Origin: an uncultured Anaerolineales bacterium
Lineage (GTDB): Bacteria > Chloroflexota > Anaerolineae > B4-G1
DNA: 64,000 bases
NCBI GenBank assembly: GCA_964542755.1
Contig: CAZIWL010000005.1
Coordinates: 12,439 to 76,438, forward strand
Direction: 5' to 3'
Under the pieces are notes generated by a model. It was not told where the DNA came from, searched no databases, and worked only from the letters and a program-made list of their open reading frames with translations. This document shows, piece after piece, positions 18,619 through 29,323 of this stretch; positions within the stretch are counted from its first letter, which is position 1, and every line of letters starts with the position of its first letter. A program made the position numbers and the translations under genes.

Positions 18619-21210
18619 ATGAATCTAAACAAGTTCACGCAGAAAGCACAAGAAGCTGTGATGGAGGCACAGTCGCTGGCGGGCAAGTACAGCCACAGCC
18701 AGATCGAACCCGGGCATCTCCTGCTGGCGCTTCTGCGGCAGGCGGACGGCATCGTCCCACAGGTCGTCCAGAAGCTCGAGGCGAATCCGGGGGAGATGGC
18801 CCTGTCCCTTGAGGGCGAACTGAAGAAGCGGCCGAGGATTCGTGGCGCGGCAGCCCAGGTGGGCATGTCGCGGCAGCTCGGACGTGTACTGGAAGAGGCC
18901 CAGGAGACGGCTCAACGCATGCGCGACGAGTACGCGAGCACGGAGCACCTGCTGCTGGCTCTGACCGGCACCCAGGGGGGTGATGCTGCGCGTTTCCTCT
19001 CAGCTCATGGCGTCACGGAGGACGCTGTTCTCAGGGCACTGACCGCCATCCGGGGCAACCAGCGTGTCACCAGTCAGAATCCCGAGGCGACGTACCAGGC
19101 CCTGGAGAAGTACGGTCGCGATCTAACGGAGCTGGCCCGTGATGGCAAGCTGGATCCTGTCATTGGGCGCGACGAGGAGATTCGCCGCGTGATGCGCATC
19201 CTGAACCGCCGTACCAAGAACAATCCCGTCTTGGTTGGCGAGGCAGGTGTGGGCAAGACAGCGATCGCCGAGGGCCTGGCCCAGCGCATCGCCCACGGCG
19301 ATGTTCCCGAGGGGCTGAAGAACAAGCGCATTGTCGAGCTCGATATGGGGGCTTTGGTCGCTGGCGCTAAGTTCCGAGGTGAGTTCGAGGAACGGCTCAA
19401 GGCGGTGCTCAAAGAGGTTACCGAAGCGGCCGGTCAGGTCATCCTGTTCATCGACGAGCTCCACACCGTTGTAGGGGCTGGCGCGGCGGAGGGTGCCGTC
19501 GACGCGGGCAACATGCTCAAGCCGAAGCTCGCACGCGGTGAGTTGCACGCCATTGGTGCGACGACCTTGAACGAGTACCGGAAGTACATTGAGAAGGATG
19601 CGGCCCTTGAGCGACGCTTCCAGCCCGTCTTTATTGCCGAGCCGGGGGTCGAGGATACCGTCAGCATACTCCGCGGGCTCAAGGAGCGGTATGAGGTCCA
19701 CCACGGCGTGCGCATCAAGGACTCGGCCTGCATCTCGGCGGCCACGCTTAGTGATCGGTACATCGCAGACCGTCAGCTCCCAGACAAGGCCATCGACCTC
19801 ATCGACGAGGCTGCCTCACGCCTGCGCATGGAGATTGACTCCAAGCCGTCCGAGCTAGATGAAGTGGATCGACAGATCATGCAGTTGGAGATTGAGCGCG
19901 AGGCCCTCAAGAAGGAGAGCGACACGGCCAGCCGTGACCGGCTCGAGGACCTGGAGAGAGAGCTGGCTGACCTGGAGGAGACGCGGAAGGCCCTGCGCGC
20001 GCAGTGGGAGCAGGAGAAGAGTGCCATCCAAGCGGTCCAGCAGACGAAGGAGCAGATGGATCGAGTCCGTCATCGTATCCAGGAGGCCCAACGGACGCAC
20101 GACTACGAACAGGCATCGGAACTCCAGTACGGTCGACTTTCGGAGCTGCAGCGGCAGCTTGAGGCTCAAGAGGAGCGGCTCAACGAGCTCCAAGAAGGTG
20201 GTGCTATGCTCAAGGAGGAGGTCGGCTCAGAGGAGATCGCCGAGGTCGTCTCTGAATGGACAAGCATCCCCGTCGCCAAGCTCCTTGAGGGAGAGCGAGA
20301 GCGTTTGCTCCGCATGGAGGAGGCTCTCCACCGCCAGGTTGTGGGACAGGAGGAGGCCGTCGAGGCCGTCTCAAACGCCGTGCGACGGGCCCGCGCCGGT
20401 CTGCAGGATCCCAACCGGCCCATCGGGACCTTCATCTTCCTCGGTCCAACGGGAGTCGGCAAGACCGAGCTGGCCAGGGCTCTGGCCCAATTTCTCTTCG
20501 ACACGGAAGAGGCCATGATTCGCATCGACATGAGCGAGTACCAGGAGCGGCATACTGTCTCCCGCTTGATCGGTGCCCCTCCCGGGTACGTAGGCTATGA
20601 GGAGGCCGGTCAGCTCACTGAGGCCGTTCGACGCCGTCCCTACAGCGTGGTCCTTTTTGACGAGATCGAGAAGGCCCACCCGGAGGTCTTCAACACCCTC
20701 CTCCAGCTGTTGGACGAGGGCCGTCTGACCGATGGGCAGGGGCGGACGGTGGACTTCCGGAACACGATCATCATCATGACGAGCAACGTCGGCAGCCGCT
20801 GGATCAAGGACAAGGGTGTCGATGAGGCGCGAGACAAGGTGATGGAGGAGCTCGATCGCATCTTCCGTCCCGAGTTCCTCAACCGCATCGACGAGATCAT
20901 TCTCTTCCGCAGCCTCACCAAGGAGGACTTGCGAAGGATCGTCGACATCCAGATGCGCCATCTGCGTCGTCTGCTCGACGAGCGGAAGATGGACTTGCAG
21001 ATGACGGATGAAGCACGGCGTCATCTGGCCGAGGTCGGCTACGATCCGGTCTACGGTGCCCGTCCACTCAAGCGCGTCATCCAGCGGCAGGTGCAGGATC
21101 CGCTGGCCCTGTCGCTCCTCCGGGGAGAGTTCGACGAGGGCGACACCGTACGGCTGGAGGCACCTAACGGGCGCATTACGTTCAAGAAGGCCGAGGCTGC
21201 TTCGGCTTGA
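18619..21210 (+). CDS. clpB: Chaperone ClpB (Hsp100 disaggregase)
   Basis: Two AAA+ modules with Walker A/B. Long coiled-coil middle domain (about 130 aa). Clp N domain. Confidence 0.9.
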   Translation: MNLNKFTQKAQEAVMEAQSLAGKYSHSQIEPGHLLLALLRQADGIVPQVVQKLEANPGEMALSLEGELKKRPRIRGAAAQVGMSRQLGRVLEEAQETAQRMRDEYASTEHLLLALTGTQGGDAARFLSAHGVTEDAVLRALTAIRGNQRVTSQNPEATYQALEKYGRDLTELARDGKLDPVIGRDEEIRRVMRILNRRTKNNPVLVGEAGVGKTAIAEGLAQRIAHGDVPEGLKNKRIVELDMGALVAGAKFRGEFEERLKAVLKEVTEAAGQVILFIDELHTVVGAGAAEGAVDAGNMLKPKLARGELHAIGATTLNEYRKYIEKDAALERRFQPVFIAEPGVEDTVSILRGLKERYEVHHGVRIKDSACISAATLSDRYIADRQLPDKAIDLIDEAASRLRMEIDSKPSELDEVDRQIMQLEIEREALKKESDTASRDRLEDLERELADLEETRKALRAQWEQEKSAIQAVQQTKEQMDRVRHRIQEAQRTHDYEQASELQYGRLSELQRQLEAQEERLNELQEGGAMLKEEVGSEEIAEVVSEWTSIPVAKLLEGERERLLRMEEALHRQVVGQEEAVEAVSNAVRRARAGLQDPNRPIGTFIFLGPTGVGKTELARALAQFLFDTEEAMIRIDMSEYQERHTVSRLIGAPPGYVGYEEAGQLTEAVRRRPYSVVLFDEIEKAHPEVFNTLLQLLDEGRLTDGQGRTVDFRNTIIIMTSNVGSRWIKDKGVDEARDKVMEELDRIFRPEFLNRIDEIILFRSLTKEDLRRIVDIQMRHLRRLLDERKMDLQMTDEARRHLAEVGYDPVYGARPLKRVIQRQVQDPLALSLLRGEFDEGDTVRLEAPNGRITFKKAEAASA

Positions 21211-21221
21211 TGCTTTCGGTA

Positions 21222-21254
21222 GGCAGGGCCGCCCACACGCCGCCACAAGGGCGG
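21222..21254 (+). terminator. GC-rich hairpin downstream of clpB (no T-tract)
   Basis: GGGCCGCCC-14 nt-GGGCGGCCC perfect 9-bp inverted repeat. Confidence 0.3.
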
Positions 21255-21404
21255 CCCCGCAGCTCAGTGCGAGTCTGGTCGGGCCGGCTATGATGGGGGA
21301 TACGGCGTCCCTATGCTCACCCGTTCTTCAGCCGGATGCATGGTGAGACATCGAGCACGCTCCAACCACATCCCGTCTTCTGGGGGCAACTCGCTGCCCA
21401 ATAC

Positions 21405-21434
21405 GTTGTCTCGAGACAACTTGTTAGGTATAAT
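21405..21434 (+). promoter_or_regulatory. clpC promoter (TTGTCT-17-TATAAT) overlapped by a perfect 16-bp palindrome GTTGTCTCGAGACAAC (candidate operator)
   Basis: acGTTGTCTCGAGACAACttgttaggTATAATcac. The palindrome spans 21405-21420 and includes the -35 hexamer. Confidence 0.45.
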
Positions 21435-21515
21435 CACAATCAGTAGTCCTCTGGCGCGTGTCCCTACAGAGCCAGAGGGCACCGGTCCCGTAGGGCTAGA
21501 GGAGTCAACTGGTCG

Positions 21516-24017
21516 ATGATGAGGTTAGACCGTTTCACTGAGCGGGCGCAGGCGGCGGCCCAGCGGGCCGTCCAGATCATGGGGCGCTATGGACACACGC
21601 AGGTGGACACGGAACATATCTTCCTGGCGCTCCTGGAGCAACCTCAAGGCGCCATCTCCGACCTGATGGAACAGCTCGGCGCCGATACCGAGCAGGTCGA
21701 GAAGAAGCTCGACGAGGCACTGCAGGACAGTGCCAAGGCCAACGTCTACGGCGGCGGGGGCATGGGGCAGGTATTCATCACCCCGCGCGTGAAGCGCGTG
21801 TTGGACCGCGCGAACGCCGAGGCGAATCGGCTCAATGATGACTATATCTCCACCGAGCACATCTTCTTGGCCATCGCGAGCGAGAGGGACACGCTGCCCG
21901 CCCGCATCCTTCGAGAGCAGGGCATCTCCAAGCAACGGATCTACGAGGCCATCAAGGAGCTGCGGGGTGGCAAGCGAGTCACCGATCGACGAGCTGAGAC
22001 CCACTATCGGGTTCTGGAGAAATACAGCCGAAACCTGACCCAGATGGCGCACGAGGGGAAGCTTGACCCCGTTATCGCCAGGGATGATGAGATCCTCCGT
22101 TTGATCCAGATCCTCTGCCGCCGCACTAAGAACAACCCGGTCCTTATCGGTGAACCCGGAGTGGGCAAGACTGCCATCGCCGAGGGTCTGGCCCAGAAGG
22201 TCGCCGAAGGGGATGTCCCCGAGATTCTGATGGGGCGGGAGGTTGCCCAGTTGGATCTAGCATCAATGGTGGCCGGGACTCACTTCCGCGGCGAGTTCGA
22301 GGAGCGGCTGAAAGCGACCATCGAGGAGATCCAGAGTTCTGAAGGAGATATCATCCTCTTCATCGATGAGCTTCACAACGTGGTGGGGGCTGGGGCCGGC
22401 ATGGGGGCGCTCGATGCCTCAAACATGATGAAACCAGCGCTGGCTCGCGGTGAACTCCAGTGTATCGGGGCGACCACGCTCGATGAATATCGTCAATACA
22501 TTGAGCAGGATGGTGCCCTGGAGCGGCGATTTGCCCCCATCTTCGTCGATGAGCCAACAGTCGAGAAGGCTGTGGTCATGCTCGAGGGGCTGCGGGACCG
22601 ATATGAGGCACACCACAAGGTTCACATATCGGATCAAGCGATTCAGGCGGCTGCTCACCTCTCGCACCGCTACGTCACGGACCGCCGCCTTCCTGATAAG
22701 GCTATCGACCTGATGGACGAGGCCGCGGCCAAACTGCGCGTTGCCCTCCACACCCTCCCTCCGGAGTTGAAGGAGATGCACATTGAGCTCCAGCGCCTCC
22801 AGACGGAGATCGACGCGGCCAGCAATATGGAGGATTACCAGCGGGCGGCCGAGTTGAAGACCGAGCGCATCAACCTTCAGGCTGAGTTCAACCTGCAGCG
22901 CGAGATATGGCAGCAGGAGAATCAGCTGGACGAGACCATTGAGGAGAAGGACATCGCGGAGGTCATAGCCAAGTGGACCGGCATTCCTGTGGCGCGCATG
23001 CTGGAGACGGAGTCGGACAAGCTGCTCCGGATGGAGGATGCGATCCACGAGCGCATTATCGGACAGGAGGAGGGCGTCGCCGCGGTCTCCGATGCCATCC
23101 GGCGCGCCCGGTCCGGGTTGAAGGATCCCAGCCGTCCTATCGGCAGCTTCATCTTCCTCGGCTCGTCGGGTGTGGGGAAGACAGAGCTGGCCAAGGCGCT
23201 GGCATGGTTCCTCTTCGACGACGAGGATGCCCTGGTTCGCATCGACATGAGTGAGTATCGGGAGCGGCACACTGTCTCGCGCCTCTTTGGTGCGCCTCCG
23301 GGATACATCGGTCACGAGCGCGGCGGCCAGTTGACCGAGGCGGTTCGCCGCCGACCTTATCGGGTTGTCCTCTTTGATGAGATCGAGAAGGCCCACCCGG
23401 ACGTGTGGAACGCGCTTCTTCAGATTCTGGACGAGGGGCGGCTCACTGATGGTCAGGGTCGCATCGTGAACTTCCGGAATACCGTCGTGATCATGACGTC
23501 CAACGTCGGGACCTCGTTTGCTCATGAGGGTGGCACGCTAGGCTTCATGCGCTCCGAGGAGGACGGGCAAGGTGGCACGGTGAATCAGGAGCGCATCAAG
23601 CGCGAGCTCAAGGACACCTTCCGACCGGAGTTCCTCAACCGCATCGACGAGGTCATCGTCTTCAACAACCTGACGGTGGAGGACATGGAGAGCATCGTCG
23701 ACCTTCAGATGGCTGAGGTATCGGATCGACTCTCCGACGTGGGTCTGCAGGTCCGGCTGACTGACTTGAGCCGACGGTGGCTGGCGCGGAAGGGTTTCGA
23801 TCCTCAGTTTGGAGCCCGACCTCTTCGCCGTGCTCTCCAGCGGCACGTGGAGAGCCCTCTCAGCGTCAAGCTCCTACGGGGGGACTTCGAGCGCGGAGAC
23901 ATCGTGGTCGTCGACGTGGCGGACGATGATCTCATCTTCCAGACCAGCACTGAGTGGACGGAGCTGAGCGAGAAGACCAGGGAGCCCGTCGCCGGAGAGG
24001 TGAGCGTCGAGTCGTAG
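21516..24017 (+). CDS. clpC: ClpC/ClpA-type AAA+ ATPase (Hsp100 with short linker)
   Basis: 833 aa. Two N-domain repeats, two AAA+ modules, a short UVR-like linker ([25 protein letters not shown]) instead of the long ClpB M-domain. Confidence 0.85.
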   Translation: MMRLDRFTERAQAAAQRAVQIMGRYGHTQVDTEHIFLALLEQPQGAISDLMEQLGADTEQVEKKLDEALQDSAKANVYGGGGMGQVFITPRVKRVLDRANAEANRLNDDYISTEHIFLAIASERDTLPARILREQGISKQRIYEAIKELRGGKRVTDRRAETHYRVLEKYSRNLTQMAHEGKLDPVIARDDEILRLIQILCRRTKNNPVLIGEPGVGKTAIAEGLAQKVAEGDVPEILMGREVAQLDLASMVAGTHFRGEFEERLKATIEEIQSSEGDIILFIDELHNVVGAGAGMGALDASNMMKPALARGELQCIGATTLDEYRQYIEQDGALERRFAPIFVDEPTVEKAVVMLEGLRDRYEAHHKVHISDQAIQAAAHLSHRYVTDRRLPDKAIDLMDEAAAKLRVALHTLPPELKEMHIELQRLQTEIDAASNMEDYQRAAELKTERINLQAEFNLQREIWQQENQLDETIEEKDIAEVIAKWTGIPVARMLETESDKLLRMEDAIHERIIGQEEGVAAVSDAIRRARSGLKDPSRPIGSFIFLGSSGVGKTELAKALAWFLFDDEDALVRIDMSEYRERHTVSRLFGAPPGYIGHERGGQLTEAVRRRPYRVVLFDEIEKAHPDVWNALLQILDEGRLTDGQGRIVNFRNTVVIMTSNVGTSFAHEGGTLGFMRSEEDGQGGTVNQERIKRELKDTFRPEFLNRIDEVIVFNNLTVEDMESIVDLQMAEVSDRLSDVGLQVRLTDLSRRWLARKGFDPQFGARPLRRALQRHVESPLSVKLLRGDFERGDIVVVDVADDDLIFQTSTEWTELSEKTREPVAGEVSVES

Positions 24018-24086
24018 ACGTCGAGCCCCCATCTCGGTGACGGGGCGAGCGGATGCATCAGCGCGACGTGTCAGTGTGACGTGTCA

Positions 24087-24114
24087 GAAGGGCCTGGAGA
24101 CATCCAGGCCCTTC
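24087..24114. terminator. Bidirectional rho-independent terminator between clpC (+) and degV (-)
   Basis: gaagggcctgga-gaca-tccaggcccttc perfect 12-bp stem followed by tcagttcttc. Confidence 0.6.
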
Positions 24115-24206
24115 TCAGTTCTTCACAGTTCTGCTGGCTCTTGTCCGAGCCGGTCGTGGCCGAGATTCCCACCGGCCCCGCGCAGTTCGGTTGGCGGCTG
24201 CTCTGT

Positions 24207-25061
24207 CTAGGAGACGGGGAAGAAACTCACCCCCACTGTGCCCGGGCCGGAGTGGACCGCCAAGGCTGGTGATAGTTCGCTCACCAGGATCTCGGCGCAC
24301 TCAAAATGAGTGGTCACCATCGCTTGCAGCTGGTCCAGCCGCTCCCGCGCCGCCACGTGTGTGAAGGCTACCTTGATGCGGGCCCCTTCGCCCACCCGCT
24401 GCTGCATCAGATCGACGATCCGCCGGTACGCCTTGAGCCGGCTGCGGGCTGTCCCGAGCGCCACGATCTCCCCATCCGCCATGCTGATAATGGGCTTGAT
24501 ATTCAGCAGAGAACCGAGGAGGTGTTGGGCCTTCCCAATCCGTCCGCCCATGTAGAGATAGCGCAGGGTGTCTGCTGTCTGGATCATCAGACCTTTTCGA
24601 GCCGTCTCCCGGGCCCTTTCGAGCACGTCCTCAAATCCCTTCCCGGTCATCGCGGCGCGAGCTGCCTCGACAGCGACCCAGCCCTGGGACATCGCCACCT
24701 GGAGCGTGTCGACAACCTCCACCCGGACATCGGGTGTTCGTTCACGGAACATCTCCACGGCTGCACGACAGGATTGATAAGCGCCGCTGCCGTGAGAGGT
24801 CATCGTCAGCGCGAGGACACCTTGCACCCGACTCGCTAGATTCCTGAGCCCCCGGAAATAGTCACCTGGAGCCGGGTTGGAGGTGGTCGGCAGCTTGCTG
24901 GCTCGTGCCAGCCAGTCGGCGAACTCCGCCGGCTTGACGTCGACCATGTCCTTGAGGGTCTCCAGCCCACGGTGGACGTAGTAGGGAACCACCTCGATTT
25001 GCAGCCTCTCGATCAGCCTTCGAGGGATGCTGGCCGTTGTATCCGTGAGAATGCCGATCAA
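24207..25061 (-). CDS. DegV-family fatty-acid-binding protein
   Basis: IGILTDTTASIP N-terminus and DegV fold throughout. TTG start at 25061 with GGAGGG RBS. The longer ORF (to 25304) runs into the MITE copy, so it is not the real start. Confidence 0.8.
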   Translation of the reverse strand: MIGILTDTTASIPRRLIERLQIEVVPYYVHRGLETLKDMVDVKPAEFADWLARASKLPTTSNPAPGDYFRGLRNLASRVQGVLALTMTSHGSGAYQSCRAAVEMFRERTPDVRVEVVDTLQVAMSQGWVAVEAARAAMTGKGFEDVLERARETARKGLMIQTADTLRYLYMGGRIGKAQHLLGSLLNIKPIISMADGEIVALGTARSRLKAYRRIVDLMQQRVGEGARIKVAFTHVAARERLDQLQAMVTTHFECAEILVSELSPALAVHSGPGTVGVSFFPVS

Positions 25062-25263
25062 TGCTGTTTGCCCTCCATTCTGCTGCTGCGACACGCGGAT
25101 GAGGCTGAAACGCGTTCTAATGCCGATACTCGGGGTCGTTCGTTGGTTAAGCTCCCGCGCCAAGTTTCTTCGTCCACGCACTCTCCACCGCAAGAAAGCT
25201 TGATGCTGGACAAGTCCATTATACGTCTGAGGCAAGCCCACGTCAATCGGGCGCCCGCCGCGC

Positions 25264-25427
25264 GGTGCACTAACGACTTGTCGCCCACACCCGGTGCGAT
25301 GCACCTTCTAGGTGCGTTGCACCTCACGAGAGTATGCTTGCCACGTATGCCAGTCACGACTGATCAGTGCACGGGCGCCAACGGTTTCCAATCGGCGACC
25401 AGCTCCGCGACAAGTTGTTAGTGCACC
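25264..25427. repeat. MITE-like element, full copy C, with 21-bp terminal inverted repeats
   Basis: Left end ggtgcactaacgacttgtcgc. Right end gcgacaagttgttagtgcacc. Internal ggtgcgatgcacc and ggtgcgttgcacc palindromes. Confidence 0.8.
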
Positions 25428-25455
25428 CCCTGCCGCGCTCTGAGGGTGAAATTGT

Positions 25456-26031
25456 CTACGCGTGGGGGTGGAAAGACGGGTAGAGTTGGGTCCCGGAGAG
25501 CAGCGAAACAATGATCAAGACCAGAATGGCCAGTCCCACCAGCACGATGACTCCAATGAGGATGCGTCGTTCCCGTCGATTCTGTTTCGCCTGGGCCTCC
25601 GCAATGGCCTGTTGTTCCCGTTCCTCCTCGGCCCACATCCTCGCCAGACGAGCCCTGGAAGCCATCTCCTCCTGAGCCTTGACCCGATGGCCCCGGTCGC
25701 GCGCTTGGCGGAGTTGGTCTTCTGTTCTTGTCGTGATCCGCTCAAACAGGGCGTCCGTCCCGGTCAACGTCTGCGAGCAGACGATGCAGCGGGGGATGTT
25801 CATCGGGTTGAGGATGCCGCAGGCGGGGCATGGAAGGGCCAGACGGGCACCGCACGCGTGGCACGTCCGCGTGTCCAAGTCAATGGGTGTCTCGCAGCGG
25901 GGGCAGCGGCCGCCGGAAGGAGCGAGAGGCTGGCCGCAGTAGTCACATTGGGGCACGTTATGCTGACCGACGCTGAACGAGACTGCTCCGCAGGACCGGC
26001 ACTGCACTGCTGGCTCCGAGGCTTGGGCCAT
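25456..26031 (-). CDS. Multi-zinc-ribbon protein with C-terminal transmembrane anchor (hypothetical)
   Basis: Four CxxC pairs (CRSCG, CDYCG, CPRCE, CHACG, CPACG, CIVCS). Charged helix, then C-terminal hydrophobic segment ILIGVIVLVGLAILVLIIVSLL. Confidence 0.5.
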   Translation of the reverse strand: MAQASEPAVQCRSCGAVSFSVGQHNVPQCDYCGQPLAPSGGRCPRCETPIDLDTRTCHACGARLALPCPACGILNPMNIPRCIVCSQTLTGTDALFERITTRTEDQLRQARDRGHRVKAQEEMASRARLARMWAEEEREQQAIAEAQAKQNRRERRILIGVIVLVGLAILVLIIVSLLSGTQLYPSFHPHA

Positions 26032-26055
26032 CGTCCCTATGCTCCGATCAACACC

Positions 26056-27768
26056 TCAACCGTCGGCCCCACCGACCGTCTCCGAACGCTCCCTCGGGGA
26101 GAGGAGATGGTAGGTGAAACCGTTCATACAGACCTGGTCCATAGGCTCGTAGTTCTGCCCAATGGCCTCTAGAACCGGCGGCGGGTAGAACTGCGCGCGG
26201 AAGATGACCAGATCGAACCGCTGTCCGTTGATCTGCTCGATGATCTCTGTCATGTCCAGCAGGCCGTTGTTATACAGGTTCAGCAGCTGCGTTGGGTTGG
26301 TCACCACAGGTTTCTCGCCCAGAATGCTGAACATCGCTTCCTCACTGAAGATGGGCCCGTCGGCCGCGCGCACGTGGGCCATGATCTCCTCACCGGCTGC
26401 GTAATCCTCCTCTGACAGTGGATGACCCAGCTGCGTGTACCCCATCGCGTCGTGGTAGGCCACAGGCGCGCAGTGGGTGGAGGCGAGGTTTTCTCCTTTT
26501 CCGTAGGCCAGTTGGTTGTCGACACCCAGGGCTCGGGCGACCGTGGAGAAGATGGGTCCAGACGTGGGCAAATGGAGCATGCGTGGAGCTTGTCCCAGGT
26601 AGAGCAAGGGGATCAGCAGGGCGACGAGCGGTCCGATATGATGGCCCATCCAGGGAGGTCCAGACGCCGATGGGGCTCTTCCGTGGGAGTGCTCTCTCAG
26701 CTTGCCCAGGGCTAGGCCGGAAGTAAGGCAGGCTGCCGCCACCGCCGTATTGAAGTAGCCGAACCCGGCTCCCCACTTGCCGCTCAAAGCGCCGACGCCG
26801 AGAGCAAAGAAAAACCAGAGAGAGTACGCCGACAGGCGGTCCCAGAACAGCTCATAGACCAGATAGCCCGCACCCAAGACGACGAATAGGGTGTGCAGAT
26901 CGAACCACTGGCGGAAGAGGAAGAGCGTCTGGCGATAGTCGAACTCGTTGACGTTCGCCTGGATGATATTGATCCACCATTGGCCATCGGTCGCCACGTT
27001 GAGCAGCCAGAAGACGGTGCCGGCACTGACGGCCAGAGCGGCGCCCGCTGCCAAGGCCTTTCTTATGTCTCGCAAGAAGACGTACGACAAACCCGCTGCG
27101 ACGGTGAATACGGCTGTCTGTTTCGTGTACCCGGCGCAGAAGAGCATCACCAAACCCAGGATCAGATTCCGCCTGCCGTGCTTCGGGTCATCGAACTCGG
27201 CGATGAAGGCGATGGAGAGCGTCTCGAACATCACGAGCGTCATATGCATCCGGCACAGAGGCCCAATCTGGTAGACGTAGTTCGATGCCAGGAAGGCCAG
27301 TCCTGAGATGAGAGGAATCAGCCATCCTCGCATCCAGTCCTTTGCGTCGCCTCGGATGCTCCGCCGAACGACCAACCCGATCGCCCCTGCAGTCACCAGT
27401 GTTGCCGTGAAGGAGAGAAGTCTTCCGGTCAGAAGCCTGGGGCCGAGGAGGGGCAGCAGGGGGACGATAAGGAGGTGAAACAAGGGGGGATAGTTCGAGG
27501 CGTAGAAAGGGAAGGTCCCGTTGTCCCGATAGGGCCACTCCCCCCGGCTATAGAGGATCGCGTCGTATAACTCAAACCCCTCCCCCTGGTCGTAGTCGTA
27601 CGGCCAACGGAAGAGTTCGACGGCATAGGAGACGTAGACGACCAGATAACCAACGTAGGCCAGGATAACGAGCGCGGTCAACAGGATGCCGAGGCCGCTG
27701 AGGATGCGTGACGTGCTACGGCTCATGGTGATGGTCAGTCCAGATCGGTCACGCTGGTCGGTCTCCAA
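26056..27768 (-). CDS. Polytopic GT-C fold membrane glycosyltransferase (PMT/ArnT, GT39/GT83-like)
   Basis: 570 aa with more than 10 predicted TM helices. N-terminal loop with the DYDQGEGFELYD acidic motif typical of GT-C enzymes. Confidence 0.5.
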   Translation of the reverse strand: METDQRDRSGLTITMSRSTSRILSGLGILLTALVILAYVGYLVVYVSYAVELFRWPYDYDQGEGFELYDAILYSRGEWPYRDNGTFPFYASNYPPLFHLLIVPLLPLLGPRLLTGRLLSFTATLVTAGAIGLVVRRSIRGDAKDWMRGWLIPLISGLAFLASNYVYQIGPLCRMHMTLVMFETLSIAFIAEFDDPKHGRRNLILGLVMLFCAGYTKQTAVFTVAAGLSYVFLRDIRKALAAGAALAVSAGTVFWLLNVATDGQWWINIIQANVNEFDYRQTLFLFRQWFDLHTLFVVLGAGYLVYELFWDRLSAYSLWFFFALGVGALSGKWGAGFGYFNTAVAAACLTSGLALGKLREHSHGRAPSASGPPWMGHHIGPLVALLIPLLYLGQAPRMLHLPTSGPIFSTVARALGVDNQLAYGKGENLASTHCAPVAYHDAMGYTQLGHPLSEEDYAAGEEIMAHVRAADGPIFSEEAMFSILGEKPVVTNPTQLLNLYNNGLLDMTEIIEQINGQRFDLVIFRAQFYPPPVLEAIGQNYEPMDQVCMNGFTYHLLSPRERSETVGGADG

Positions 27769-27946
27769 GTCGAATCAGCACCAAGCTGACTGCGGTCGCT
27801 CCCAAACCCAGTGCCATCCCAAGTCGCTGCAGGGGGCCGAACCCGCTCCACTCGCCAGCACCGACAACGTCGACCCCAACCAGGCCAGCGATGCCGATCA
27901 GGCTGATGATGAGGATAACGATACCGAGCTGGCGCTTGGTGACCAT
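27749..27946 (-). CDS. Small membrane protein (65 aa), possibly co-transcribed with the GT-C gene
   Basis: Two hydrophobic segments. Overlaps the downstream gene start by 20 nt. Confidence 0.3.
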   Translation of the reverse strand: MVTKRQLGIVILIISLIGIAGLVGVDVVGAGEWSGFGPLQRLGMALGLGATAVSLVLIRLGDRPA

Positions 27947-28187
27947 CGAGAGGAAGGCTCAATCCTTCGCTTAAGGCCTGTCGGGCCAAGAACGAAGCCG
28001 ATTATAGCACGCGCACGAGGCGCTGCAACTTTCTACTGCCCAGCCCGTATTGGTAAGGTGGAGGGAGCTCGGACGATGCAGCTTGGTGGGTCCGGCATGG
28101 TGTGGACCGGCTATCTAGGGTCCACGTCGCGAGTGCCCTCTTGGTCGGGCGTGGTACGATCTGAACAAGCAAGGAAGGACAAGGAGG

Positions 28188-28784
28188 ATGGACAAGAAGT
28201 GGGACCGAAGGTTGACGTACGATGACCGGCGTTTTCATACGGAGACAGCGGCGAGGGGTTCTGCTGAGGCCCCTCCTACGGGACCTCTTGGAACGGACCG
28301 GGAGACCGAGGAAGGCCGGGCCGGCGCCGCCGGCGACAGGAACGTGGCGGCCGTGGCTCACGCCAGCGTCTTGCTGACCCTGATGTCGGCGGGCGCCGGT
28401 GGGGTTGGCGCCCTCGTCGCCCTCGTCGTTCCGTGGGTGATCTACCTGGCCTACCGCGAACGATCGCGTTTCGTCGGGTTTCAGGCACTCCAGGCACTCG
28501 TCTATCAGGGGGTGGGGGTTCTGACCTACTTGGTGATCGCCGTCGCCTTGGCCCTGCTCGTGACTGTGGTCTGGATCATTACCGGGCTCTTGTCGGCTGT
28601 GGCCGTTGGCTTTCTACTTGTCCCGGCGGCGCTTGTTGTCACAGGATTGATGGTCGTCGTACTCCTGGGTGCTCCCCTGGTGTGGATGGCGTACGGGCTA
28701 TACGCTGCCTACCAGGTCCATCAGGGTGGAATGTTCCGCTACTGGCTACTCGGTGAGTGGCTCGAAAGAGAGGTGAGAGACTAA
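28188..28784 (+). CDS. DUF4870-like integral membrane protein
   Basis: NVAAVAHASVLLTL...VVPWVIYLAYRERSRFVGFQALQALVYQ topology typical of the DUF4870/Tic20-like family. Confidence 0.5.
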   Translation: MDKKWDRRLTYDDRRFHTETAARGSAEAPPTGPLGTDRETEEGRAGAAGDRNVAAVAHASVLLTLMSAGAGGVGALVALVVPWVIYLAYRERSRFVGFQALQALVYQGVGVLTYLVIAVALALLVTVVWIITGLLSAVAVGFLLVPAALVVTGLMVVVLLGAPLVWMAYGLYAAYQVHQGGMFRYWLLGEWLEREVRD

Positions 28785-29050
28785 TGCACGAGCGAGATCC
28801 TATGGTCGCTCTTCTGCTGGAGCTAATTGGAGGTTTCTTCGGTTTCCTGGGTATCGGCTGGATCTATGCCGGTCGCGCTGCGGGCGGCGTCATACTTCTG
28901 GTCGGTTATTGGCTGTTGGACTGGGTCGTTGGCTTGATGCTGGCCTTTGGCACCCTGGGCGCGTGGTGCTGCGTTTGGCCTGCTCAGAATCTCCTCTTTG
29001 GCGCGATTTCGGGTTACATGGCCTACCGCTGGTTGGAGGAGCATCCCTAA
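28784..29050 (+). CDS. Small membrane protein (TM2-like), start overlaps the preceding stop (TAATG)
   Basis: 88 aa with two TM helices. GAGGTGA RBS. Confidence 0.4.
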   Translation: MHERDPMVALLLELIGGFFGFLGIGWIYAGRAAGGVILLVGYWLLDWVVGLMLAFGTLGAWCCVWPAQNLLFGAISGYMAYRWLEEHP

Positions 29051-29172
29051 ATGTTCGCGCCCGACCGGGGGCTATCCAATAGAGATTGACGAAGCCGCCA
29101 TGCCCCGGCCCTTCCGCGTGCGGTTGGGCCGGGGGCACCACACTTGGCGCATCATGCCCTACGTGCCATAAT

Positions 29173-29203
29173 CCTCCGTCACTTCTGACGGAGGATTTCC
29201 TTG
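29173..29203 (+). terminator. Rho-independent terminator
   Basis: tcctccgtca-cttc-tgacggagga perfect 10-bp stem followed by tttccttg. Confidence 0.55.
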
Positions 29204-29323
29204 CAGCGAAAGAGTGGTTATCCTATCTAGCCCGTCATCGCGGCGGCTGTCCCTTTCATCTTCCTCTCTTGGCAGCATCGAGCCTTTCGCCTGTCTACCC
29301 AGACCCTTCCCCCCGATCTCTCC

